In this document: positions 13,104 through 24,184 of the stretch, in pieces
Layout of the letters: the number at the start of each line of letters is the position of its first letter
Numbering within the stretch: position 1 is the first letter of the stretch
The notes under the pieces: generated by a model
Database searches by the model: none
The model's input: only the letters and a program-made list of their open reading frames with translations
What the model was told of the DNA's origin: nothing
Translations under genes and position numbers: made by a program
Assembly: GCA_002269645.1 (NCBI GenBank)
Contig: NIVC01002485.1
Location: 1 to 64,000, forward strand
Direction of reading: 5' to 3'
Source of the DNA: Macrostomum lignano
Lineage: Eukaryota
Length of the DNA stretch: 64,000 nt

Positions 13104-16100
13104 ATGTCCTCTCCTGCCGCCGAGGCGGTCAAATTGCGCCAGTACGCCGACTCAGTCCGTCTGCTGGACTCGCCGTTTCGCCACCTGCCCGGCCTGTACG
13201 AATGCGACAGTCCGGCGCCTCATCTGGCCTTCGAATGGCGCGAGTCGGCCAGTTCCACCCTGCTGCTCTGTCAGCCGGCCCCGGGCGAAGGCGGCTCTGA
13301 GCTGTTCGTCCGTCGGGACCTTCGCAGCGGCCGCCTGGCCGGACTAGAGGAACGCGAAGCTCAGTCGCCGCATCCGCAGTCGATGCAGCGAATGTACAAT
13401 CGGCCTGGCGGCGGCGCCGGAGCCGGCGTCTCCGAGCCGTCGGTCGGCTCCGTGCCGTTCCGACCGGATGAAGCCACGCCCGAACCCGCTGCGACGGCCG
13501 GGACAGCGTCCGACGACTCCTGGTCGGTGCTACCGACTGATAGCTCGCAATTCCTGATCCAGCTGCCAGGGCTGGACTTGTCTCTGGATTTGTCGCTTCA
13601 GGGCGAGGACAGCCTGCCTGGGTTCGCATTTTCTCTTTATCTTCTAACAACCAATCCCTTAAGAGTAATATTTTACCTTTCCAAAATCTCAGATTAAAGG
13701 CCCTCTTAAATCCTCTGATTGAATCGCCGCCTTCCCAAATACTCAGATTGAATGCCCTCTCAAATCCTCAGATTGAATGTCCTCTGAAATCCTCAGATTG
13801 AATGTCCTCTGAAATCCTCAGATTGAATGTCCTCTGAAATCCTCAGATTGAATGCCCTCTGAAATCCTCAGATTGAATGCCCTCTCAAATCCTCAGATTG
13901 AATGCCCTCTCAAATCCTCAGATTGAATGCCCTCTCAAATCCTCAGATTGAATGCCCTCTCAAATCCTCAGATTGAATGCCCTCTTAAATCCTCAGATTG
14001 AATCGCCGCCTTCCCAAATCCTCAGATCCTCCTATTACTCGTAAAGATCCACCCTCCCAGATCCCCAGCCCATTTCACACCCAAATTCTTAAGTTTTCTT
14101 CAATATTTGCCGCATAATTGAAATTTATCAGCAGCGGATTCGAGCGCCAAGTCAGCAGCGGCGCCGTAGCAGTCGCCGAAGCGCTGGCAGAACTGCCCGA
14201 CTCGGTGCCGAGCGTGCGGAGCCGGCATACGTCAGCCGCTGATCAAAGGGCCGCTTCTATGCTCCATGTATCCACTTCCACCCCGGATGGCAGGCTGCCA
14301 ATGGCGTCGGCAAGCGGCGCCGGAAGTAGCAGTCGGCTCAGCCAGCTGCGGCAGATGGCCGACTCTGCGCACCAGCCGAAGGTGATTCAGCCGTGATCAT
14401 GCCTGTTTGATTTTGATTTAATATATTGTTGATATCTACTGATTTATACGAAGTATATACGAGTACGAGCTATCAGAGTACGTGTTAAGTGTTGACAATG
14501 GTTTGCTAATCTAGCGAGTGACATTGTTGAGGGTGAGAATGGATTGCTAAGCTAGCGAGGGACAAGGATGGATTGCTAATCTATCGATTGACATTTTTGA
14601 GAATGGATTGCTAATCTATCGATTGACATTTTTGAGAATGGATTGCTAATCTAGCGAGTGACATTGTCAGTAGTTGAGAATGGATTGCTAATCTAACGAT
14701 TGATATTTTTCAGGGTTGAGACTTGAGAATGGATTGCTAATCTAGCCAGTGACATTGTTGATGGTTGAGAATGGGTTGCTAATCTAGCGAGTGACATTTT
14801 TGACATTTGAGAATGGGTTGCTAATCTAGCGAGTGACATTTTTGACATTTGAGAATGGGTTGCTAATCTAGCTAGTGACATTTTTGACATTTGAGAATGG
14901 GTTGCTAATCTAGCGAGTGACATTTTTGACATTTGAGAATGGGTTGCTAATCTAGCGAGTGACATTTTTGACATTTGAGAATGGGTTGCTAATCTAGCTA
15001 GTGACATTTTCGACATTTGAGAATGGGTTGCTAATCTAGCGAGTGACATTTTTGACATTTGAGAATGGGTTGCTAATCTAGCTAGTGACATTTTTGACAT
15101 TTGAGAATGGGTTGCTAATCTAGCGAGTGACATTTTTGACATTTGAGAATGGGTTGCTAATCTAGCTAGTGACATTTTTGACATTTGAGAATGGGTTGCT
15201 AATCTAGCTAGTGACATTTTTGACATTTGAGAATGGGTTGCTAATCTAGCTAGTGACATTTTTGACATTTGAGAATGGGTTGCTAATCTAGCGAGTGACA
15301 TTTTTGACATTTGAGAATGGGTTGCTAATCTAGCTAGTGACATTTTTGACATTTGAGAATGGGTTGCTAATCTAGCTAGTGACATTTTTGACATTTGAGA
15401 ATGGGTTGCTAATCTAGCGAGTGACATTTTTGACATTTGAGAATGGGTTGCTAATCTAGCTAGTGACATTTTTGACATTTGAGAATGGGTTGCTAATCTA
15501 GCTAGTGACATTTTTGACATTTGAGAATGGGTTGCTAATCTAGCGAGTGACATTTTTGACATTTGAGAATGGGTTGCTAATCTAGCTAGTGACATTTTTG
15601 ACATTTGAGAATGGGTTGCTAATCTAGCGAGTGACATTTTTGACATTTGAGAATGGGTTGCTAATCTAGCGAGTGACATTTTTGACATTCGAGAATGGGT
15701 TGCTGCTAATCTTGTTATCTTTGCTCCACCCCTCATTCTCCAGTTCGAATGGGCTGTGGCCATCGACTCGAGCCAGCCGGTGGCCAACATGTCCGCTCTT
15801 GTGCCGGATCCCGCGCACACCTGGAGTTTCACATTGGATCCGTTTCAGCAGCACGCGGTTTGCCACCTGGAGCAACACCACGATATATTCGTGGCCGCGC
15901 ACACCTCGGCGGGCAAAACAGTGGTGGCTGAGTACGCCATAGCGCAATCGCTGCGCCGCCAGACCCGAGTTATTTACACATCGCCTATTAAGGCGCTGTC
16001 CAATCAGAAGTTTCACGACTTTCGGAAGTGTTTCACAACTGAGAATGTTGGCCTGATTACCGGCGATGTGCAGGTTGGCCGAAAAAGTTTAACCTTTTGC

Positions 16101-19100
16101 TTCTTATGGCATGATTTAGTTTTATGTAGCTAACCATTCTGTTTTCTGGCTATCTGTGTAGGCTAGATTAGCAATCCATTCTATTCCTTCATCTGTGTAG
16201 GCTAGATTAGCAATCCATTCTATTCCTTCATCTGTGTAGGCTAGATTAGCAATCCATTCTATTCCTTCATCTGTGTAGGCTAGATTAGCAATCCATTCTA
16301 TTCCTTCATCTGTGTAGGCTAGATTAGCAATCCATTCTATTCCTTCATCTGTGTAGGCTAGATTAGCAATCCATTCTATTCCTTCATCTGTGTAGGCTAG
16401 ATTAGCAATCCATTCTATTCCTTCATCTGTGTAGGCTAGATTAGCAATCCATTCTATTCCTTCATCTGTGTAGGCTAGATTAGCAATCCATTCTATTCCT
16501 TCATCTGTGTAGGCTAGATTAGCAATCCATTCTATTCCTTCATCCCTGTACGCTAGATTAGCAATCCATTCTATTCCTTCATCCCTGTACGCTAGATTAG
16601 CAATTCATTCTATTCCTTCATCTGTGTAGGCTAGATTAGCAATCCATTCTATTCCTTCATCCCTGTACGCTAGATTAGCAATCCATTCTATTCCTTCATC
16701 CCTGTACGCTAGATTAGCAATCCATTCTATTCCTTCATCTGTGTAGGCTAGATTAGCAATCCATTCTATTCCTTCATCCCTGTACGCTAGATTAGCAATC
16801 CATTCTATTCCTTCATCCCTGTACGCTAGATTAGCAATCCATTCTATTCCTATATCCATTTAGGCTAGATTAGCAATCCATTCTATTCCTATATCTATTT
16901 AGGCTAGATTAGCAATCCATTCTATTCCTATATCCATTTAGGCTAGATTAGCAATCCATTTTAAACTTAACTTAAACAACAGGTGAATCAGAACGCGTCC
17001 TGCCTCATCATGACCACGGAGATTCTGCGCTCAATGCTGTACGGCGGCAGCGACATCCTTCGCGAATTAGAATGGGTCATATTTGACGAGGTGCATTACG
17101 TAAACGACGCTGAACGAGGCGTAGTGTGGGAGGAGGTGCTCATCCTGCTGCCCAAGCACGTGGCCATCATTTTGCTCAGCGCTACGGTGCCCAACACTGA
17201 GCAGTTTGCTAACTGGGTCGGCTCCATCAAGCGCCGCAACATCTACGTGATTAGCACAAGCAAGCGGCCGGTTCCCCTTGAGCACTACCTGTACACGGGC
17301 AACAGCTCGGCCACTAGCAAGGAGCTATTTCTATTCATTGATTCCAGAAGTAAATTTCAACGAACTGGCGGCTACGAAGCGGCTGTGCTAGCTAAGAAAC
17401 AGCGCGAATCAAGCGGAGGCGCCGGCGGAGGTGGCGCCAAATGGGGCGCCTGGCCTAGCGGTCATTTGGATCCGAAAACAGAGCGCAACGTGTGGCTATC
17501 TGTTATTAGCATGTTAAAAGAGCGGCAGGGCATGCCCGCTGTTGTTTTTATGTTTTCTAGGCAAGTTTATGGCATCTGTGAGCTTTTCATTAATCCTCAG
17601 GATATCAGAGTTGCGATTGCGAACCTGAAAGAGTTGCAGGGTAGCTTGACCTCCAGGTAACTTCACTTCCAGGTAACTTCACTTCCAGGTAACTTGACTT
17701 CCAGGTAACTTGATTTCAGGCGACTTCACTTCCAGGTGACGTGACTTCCAGGTAACTTGACTTCCAGGTGACTTGACTTCCAGGTGACTTGACTTCCAGG
17801 TGACTTGACTTCCAGGTAACTTCACTTCCAGGTAACTTCACTTTCTGGTAACTTCACTTCCAGGAGACTTGACTTTCAGGTAACTTCACTTCCAGGTGAC
17901 TTGACTTCCAGGTAACTTGACTTCCAGGTGACTTGACTTCCAGGTGACTTGACTTCCAGGTAACTTCACTTCCAGGTAACTTGACTTCCAGGTGACTTGA
18001 TTTCAGGCGACTTGACTTCCAGGTGACTTGACTTCCAGGTAACTTGACTTCCAGGTGACTTGACTTCCAGGTAACTTGACTTTCAGATAGCTTGACTTCC
18101 ATGTGGTTTGAATTCAAGGTTGCTAGACCTTCAGTTGCTAAACATTGAATCCATTTTGTTTCTCCCTAGTCTTCATTCAAAGCTATTTTCATAAATTAAC
18201 CAATACAGGCAGCGCATTGACACGATGGTGCAGAGTCTGACGGCACTGCAGAAGCTCGATCTCAATACTGCAGTGGAGAAGAATCGAACGTATAAATTCT
18301 TTCGTATGGCAGTGGCAAAATTAAGGCCTGAGGATCGGGAACTGCCTCAGGTTGAATTCTTTCAGCGCATGCTGGCTAAAGGCCTCGGGGTGCACCACGG
18401 CGGTGTGCTGCCCATTCTCAAGGAGGTTGTGGAGCTGCTCTTCCAGAAGGGCCTGGTGAGCGCCAGTTCTAGCTTGTTCGCAGATGGAGAGTCAGAGGGT
18501 GGGAGTGGCACATGGAGAGTCAGAGGTTGGGGAGTGCTACATGGAGAGTCAGAGGGTGGGAGTGGCACATGGAGAGTCAGAGGTTGGGGAGTGCTACATG
18601 GAGAGTCAGAGGGTGGCAGTGCCACATGGAGAGTCAGAGGGTGGCAGTGCCACATGGAGAGTCAGAGGGTGGCAGTGCCACATGGAGAGTCAGAGGGTGG
18701 CAGTGCCACATGGAGAGTCAGAGGGTGGGGAGTGGCACATGGAGAGTCAGAGGGTGGCAGTGCCACATGAAGAGTCAGAGGGTGGGGAAGTGGCACATGG
18801 AGAGTCAGAGGGTGGGGGAGTGGCACATGGAGAGTCAGAGGGTGGGGAGTGGCACATGGAGAGTTAGAGGGTGGGGAGTGGCACATGAAGAGTCAGAGGG
18901 TGGGGAGTGGCACATGGAGAGTCAGAGGGTGGGGAGTGGCACATGGAGAGTCAGAGGGTGGGGAGTGCCACACGGAGAGTCAGAGGGTGGGAAGTAGCTG
19001 ATTGAGAATCAGATGTTGGTGAGCTGGTGAAGAGTCAGAGATGGTGGGCACACACCAGATGCCTGAGGAGTGGGCCGTGACCTTAGCTGACCCCGATCTG

Positions 19101-22100
19101 CAAATTAGGTAAAGCTGCTATTCGCCACGGAGACATTCGCAATGGGCGTCAACATGCCGGCCAAGACGGTCCTATTCGACACTGTGGTGAAGCATGATGG
19201 CCGGCAGAGGCGCCCTCTGCTGCCTGGCGAGTACACTCAGATGGCCGGCCGGGCGGGCCGCAGAGGCCTGGACGCCACTGGCACAGTTATTGTGGTGTGC
19301 AAATCCGAAGTGCCAGACGCCGGCACCCTGGAGCACATGGCACTGGGCAAGGCCACTAAGCTCGAGTCGAAATTTCGCGTCACCTACGCCATGATACTCA
19401 ACCTGCTGCGCGGTCGGGCGCTGCGCGTTGAAGAAGTTCTTCGTCGCAGCTTCTCCGAGGACAGCAGCCAGGCCATGGCCGGGGACAGGCAGCGCCAGCT
19501 TGTCCAGCTTGAGGCCGACATCGCTGAGGCCGGCCTGCCGTCCTGCCGAGCCTGCGGCGGTCCGGCTATGGATGCCTATCTGGCCGGCTTGCTGGAGCAC
19601 CAGCGGCTGCGCGAACAGGCTACCAAAGAGATTTTAACCTGCTTCAGGTGAGGCTGTCTGAGGGCTGTGTACAGCTGGTACAGTACTGGCATAATAGGGT
19701 GGAAATTCCCATCTATTTTAGCTGCCTACTAACCGCGCCCATCTCTGCTTAACTTGAAAACTTAATGCGACTGCTCTATTCCACAGGGCCCAGATCCCTT
19801 AAAATTGCAGCTAAATAACCATTTTTATATAATGTATAATCTATCTAGCAATGTCTTTGATGCTAGTTTCGAATGTACATCAAAGCCAGACGTTCATCAA
19901 CCAGCTGGTGATCAGAAAGGATGCCTCGAGGAGTGACTGCACTTTTGCATGCTCGTGGTTCCTGCACAGGATGCTGAAACAAGTTCTCACTAACCCATTG
20001 CCCCACTCTGCAGACCCCGCCCAGGCCAGCTCATTGTCATGCGGCCCTGGCCAGGCGAGCCCGGCACTCGCCGAGTTGGCGTGCTGCTGCAGCTTGACGG
20101 CAATCGCATGCGCCTGCTGACGCTCGGCCCGCTGCCGTCATCCCCGCCTCCGCCAACTGCGCAATCGGCAACGGCGACGTCATTTGCGCCTCTGGCCGCC
20201 GTCTGCCAGACTGAATTCGCCCAGCCGGCGGCGCAGCCTCAGCCGGTGCTGCTGGACCTGCCGGCAGCCGACTGGCTTGACGGTGTCGGCCAACAGACGG
20301 CCAACTCGTTGCGCGGCGAGGCCAGCGTCCGAGCGGTGCTGGACGATTTTAAACGGCGAGAATTGCCCAGATTTGCCGACTCGCCGCCCGGCCAGACCGT
20401 CAGCCAGGTGGCCCAGGAGCTGGCTGACCTGCTGCGGTCTCGATACGCCGCCGCCGCCCCCTCCCCGCTGCTCGATCCGGTTGACGGGATGGGACTTAAA
20501 AAAATTGACCAGGTGCGTGGTCTGCGAGGGCAACTGGATATACAGGCTAAGATAGAATTCAGCTTTATATGAGTTTTTTACTAAGAGGCAGGGGCTGTGT
20601 GCACCCTGGCGCACTTTAAGCGACATTGTCTCACAACCGGCGAGAGGCATTGCTGCCCATTCCGCCGACTTCCCTGAGCAGGCACACAAGCGCGCGGATG
20701 CGTACGCAGTCATACGCACAGGCACAACTCACACAGAAGTTTACAGCGGCCCTAACTTTATTTATCGCTAGGCATGTACACTTCACTGTGCCTTGGGGGT
20801 TGGCCCGAGCCGAGATTTAATTTAGCCCCAAATTAGTGCGACTGCACTTGGAATCGAGCCTTGGCCGCTGGCACGAAAGAGCGCCGCGCTAGACAAATAG
20901 GCTACGGCCCCCATTGCAGCTTGTACATACAAGGGCTGCTAGTTAGGGACAGTGATCGCTTAGTAGGCCCTACTATAGTCAGCTGAAAAAGTAATCATTT
21001 GATGCTTAAGATAAACTTTAAATGGCTTTAGCTCATTAATGGCTCATCAAGCGCCGATATGTACGGGACAAAGATTGCGATTTCCATTCTGTATGTCTAT
21101 TGCCGCAGTTCTTGTATGGTCAAAGCCAAGCTAGGCTCTAAGTCATTGGATTACGCTCGTACTCTTTCAGCTGACTATTTATTTGGGTGATTAGCAGTAA
21201 GTTAGAATTTACCACAGATAGTCTCGGCGGGCGTAAACTTCCTTTTGTGCCGCCCGCTGGCTTTGCACTGAATCAATGGGCTTTTGACCATAGACATTTT
21301 CAGCGGGCAGGCTGTCTCGCGTTTCAACACCTGACTGCATACCGAATCCTGTCCTTTAATGCTTACAGACGCAGCTGTTCGCGAGGCTGGCCGAATGCCG
21401 ACGGAGCCTCCTCGCCAACGAGTGCCTCGCCTGTCCCGGCTTCAGCGCCCACTTCAGCCAGGCTCTGCGGCGTCAACTGCTAATTTGGCAGCGTAATCAT
21501 CTTATGCATCAGCTGTCTGATGATAGCCTGCTGTATCTGGCCGAGTATAAACAGCGTCTGCAGGTGAGCTTTCTTCACTTGTGAGCCGTTCTGTACCGTT
21601 TACGTGTTATATGGTCTCCAATGTACACATGCTACACGGTCTCCAATGTACACATGCTATACAGTCTCCAATGTACACATGCTATACAGTCTCCAATGTA
21701 CACATGCTATACAGTCTCCAATGTACACATGCTATACGGTCTCCAATGTACACATGCTATACAGTCTCCAATGTACACATGCTATACGGTCTCCAATGTA
21801 CACATGCTATACAGTCTCGAATGTACACATGCTATACGGTCTCCAATGTACACATGCTATACGGTCTCCAATGTACACATGCTATACAGTCTCGAATGTA
21901 CACATGCTATACGGTCTCCAATGTACACATGCTATACAGTCTCCAATGTACACATGCTATACGGTCTCCAATGTACACATGCTATACAGTCTCCAATGTA
22001 CACATGCTATACGGTCTCCAATGTACACATGCTATACAGTCTCCAATGTACACATGCTAAACGGTCTCCAATGTACACATGCTATACAGTCTCCAATGTA

Positions 22101-23050
22101 CACATGCTATACGGTCTCCAATGTACACATGCTATAGTCTCCAATACAGTCTCTATGCTTTTACCAGCAGCACTCCAAAACTTGATATACGCAAGTTTCA
22201 ATTCCGCTCAAAACTGCAATCTTACAAATCTCCGACTGGCAGGTGCTCCGCAAAATGGAATTCGTCAGCCAAAACGACCAGGTCCGTCTGAAAGGCCAAG
22301 CAGCCTGCGAATTAAGCAGCCAGTGCGTCCTCATCACCGAGCTGATGTTTCAGAACGCATTCGACCAGCTGGAGCCGGCCCATCTGGCCTCTCTATTCTC
22401 CTGCTTCGTCTGCGAGGCTCGCCTGCAGCAGGCCAAGCCGTCTCCGCCTCCGTCAACGTCCAATTCAGCAGCGTCGGCAAGACAGGACGGCCGTGGCGGC
22501 GGCGGCGGCCGCGATCCCGTAACCGACATGCTTCTCGAGCTGCCGGAGCCGCTGCGCGAGGCCCTCGATCGGGTTATTGACACGGCCAATTCGGCCCAGG
22601 CGCTGCAGTGCGAATTCCAGCTGGGCCTGGTGCCCGACCTGGACCCGGACAGTGTCCGGCCAGCTCTCATGCGAGTTGTGTACGAATGGGCCAGGTGAGT
22701 TGATTGCTAATTGTAGGGGTTCACGAGGCTAAATTGTCGGCAGTAAAACGCTTACAGCATTAGTAATCATTCATATTTGTAATAACAGATTTCGCTAACT
22801 GCCTTACAGAGGCACCAGTTTCCGCGAGATCGCCGGCCTCACCGACCAACAGGAGGGCATCATTGTGCGCTGCATTCAGCGCCTAGACGAACTGCTGAAG
22901 GACGCCCGCAACGCCGCCAGAGTCATCGGAGCCAATCAGTTGAGCGAGAAATTCGAGACGGCCAGCCAGTTGATCAAGCGGGACATTGTGTTCGCCGCCA
23001 GCCTGTACCTGGACGATTCTGTTGACAGCCACATTCTGAGAGACGATTAA
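13104..23050 (+). CDS. SKIC2: Ski2 superkiller DExH RNA helicase (SKIV2L/SKIC2), 10 exons, 1282 aa
   Basis: Exons 13104-13621, 14132-14381, 15744-16073, 16983-17560, 18209-18455, 19109-19647, 20014-20512, 21369-21563, 22243-22694, 22810-23050 total 3849 nt with consistent phases. Motifs [30 protein letters not shown] end ([11 protein letters not shown]); Ski2_N-like [10 protein letters not shown] in exon 1 favours Ski2 over Mtr4. Confidence 0.95.
13685..14030. repeat. Minisatellite, 25 bp GATTGAATGCCCTCTCAAATCCTCA, SKI2 intron 1
   Basis: About 13 tandem copies. Confidence 0.93.
14494..15712. repeat. Minisatellite, 42 bp GAGAATGGGTTGCTAATCTAGC(G/T)AGTGACATTTTTGACATTT, SKI2 intron 2
   Basis: About 22 regular copies from ~14767 plus degenerate 5' copies. 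Confidence 0.96.
16152..16960. repeat. Minisatellite, 39 bp GCTAGATTAGCAATCCATTCTATTCCTTCATCTGTGTAG, SKI2 intron 3
   Basis: About 21 tandem copies. Confidence 0.96.
17645..18100. repeat. Minisatellite, 16 bp CCAGGT(A/G)ACTT(G/C)ACTT, SKI2 intron 4
   Basis: About 28 tandem copies. Confidence 0.95.
18484..18995. repeat. Minisatellite, 27-28 bp CATGGAGAGTCAGAGGGTGGG(G)AGTGGCA, SKI2 intron 5
   Basis: About 18 tandem copies with single-base indels. Confidence 0.95.
21605..22150. repeat. Minisatellite, 25 bp GTCTCCAATGTACACATGCTATAC(A/G), SKI2 intron 8
   Basis: About 21 tandem copies. Confidence 0.95.
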
Positions 23051-23079
23051 CCTGCCAATGCGTCAGTCTGTGCCAATTT

Positions 23080-23260
23080 CTCCCAGATCCTCAGGCTGGG
23101 TCCTCAGCCCAGATCCTCAGGCTGGGTCCCTGCCCTATCAGATCCTCAGTCTTTGCCCTCCCAGATCCTCAGGCTAGGTTCCTTCCCTCCCAGATCCGTA
23201 GCCGGGCTTATTCTTTGCCCTCTCAGATCCTCAGGCTGGGTCCCTGCCCTCCCAGATACT
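23080..23260. repeat. Degenerate CCCAGATCCTCAGGCTGGGTCC repeats just after the SKI2 stop
   Basis: About 6 imperfect copies in the presumed 3' UTR. Confidence 0.7.
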
Positions 23261-23529
23261 TAATTAGTCTTATTCATAACTCATACGAGCGTAACTTCCG
23301 TAATGTTTTAATGATGAACTTATTTATTATATTGCTCTGTATTATTTCTTGGCTTTTAAGTTCTCAGTTTTAACAGCGTTCTGTCTTTCGAAAACAATTC
23401 AGAATAAGGCTTTAAGTCTTTGCTTTGTGCGTTACTTCAGTACTCGCAGAAAAGTAAAAGCATCATAAAGACTTTAATTTATTAACTTTTATTTTCAAAC
23501 AATATTTTTAAACGTAGGGCAGAAGCCAA

Positions 23530-24090
23530 GGGCCAGGAGAGTCACCCAGGTGTATTTGGCATGGTGAGCAGCTCCGGGGCCAGGAGAGTCACCCAGGTGT
23601 ATTTGGCATGGTGAGCAGCTCCGAGGCCAGGAGAGTCACCCAAGTGTATTTGGCATGGTGAGCAGCTCCGGGGCCAGGAGAGTCACCCAGGTGTATTTGG
23701 CATGGTGAGCAGCTCCGGGGCCAGGAGAGTCACCCAGGTGTATTTGGCATGGTGAGCAGCTCCGGGGCCAGGAGAGTCACCCAGATGTATTTGGCATGGT
23801 GAGCAGCTCCAGGCCAGGAGAAGTCACCCAGGTGTATTTGGCATGGTGAGCAGCTCCAGGCCAGGAGAGTCACCCAGGTGTATTTGGCATGGTGAGCAGC
23901 TCCGGGGCCAGGAGAGTCACCCAGGTGTATTTGGCATGGTGAGCAGCTCCAGGCCAGGAGAGTCACCCAGGTGTATTTGGCATGGTGAGCAGCTCCAGGC
24001 CAGGAGAAGTCACCCAGGTGTATTTGGCATGGTGAGCAGCTCCAGGCCAGGAGAAGTCACCCAGGTGTATTTGGCATGGTGAGCAACTCT
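23530..24090. repeat. Minisatellite, 46-47 bp GGCCAGGAGAGTCACCCAGGTGTATTTGGCATGGTGAGCAGCTCC(GG), between convergent SKI2 and GT32 3' ends
   Basis: About 12 tandem copies. Confidence 0.95.
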
Positions 24091-24184
24091 GAGTGAGGGG
24101 CGAGGGCAGGACAGTCAGCCAGGTGTATTTGGCACGATGAGCATGAGCAGGATCTATTCCATCGTTCGATCTCAGATGGGGATC

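Noticed and set aside
14130-14135. NAGNAG acceptor at SKI2 exon 2
   Set aside because: Real (TATCAGCAG) but common; it would change one Ser in a low-complexity linker.
14693-15832. 379-aa minus-strand ORF ([14 protein letters not shown])n
   Set aside because: By-product of a stop-free 42-bp unit, antisense in a SKI2 intron; one variable site is too little to show selection, and there is no signal peptide or splice context.
18456-18997. ORFs reading through the SKI2 intron 5 array as repetitive coding exons
   Set aside because: The helicase alignment is continuous across the 18455/19109 junction (KGL|VKLLFATET) and the units have frame-breaking indels.
21581-22137. Repetitive ORFs in this and other arrays (41-491, 2332-3057, 16605, 17854, 44957-46035, 47895-48674, 57064-58620)
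   Set aside because: Stop-free frames of non-coding tandem repeats; they disappear once exons are joined.
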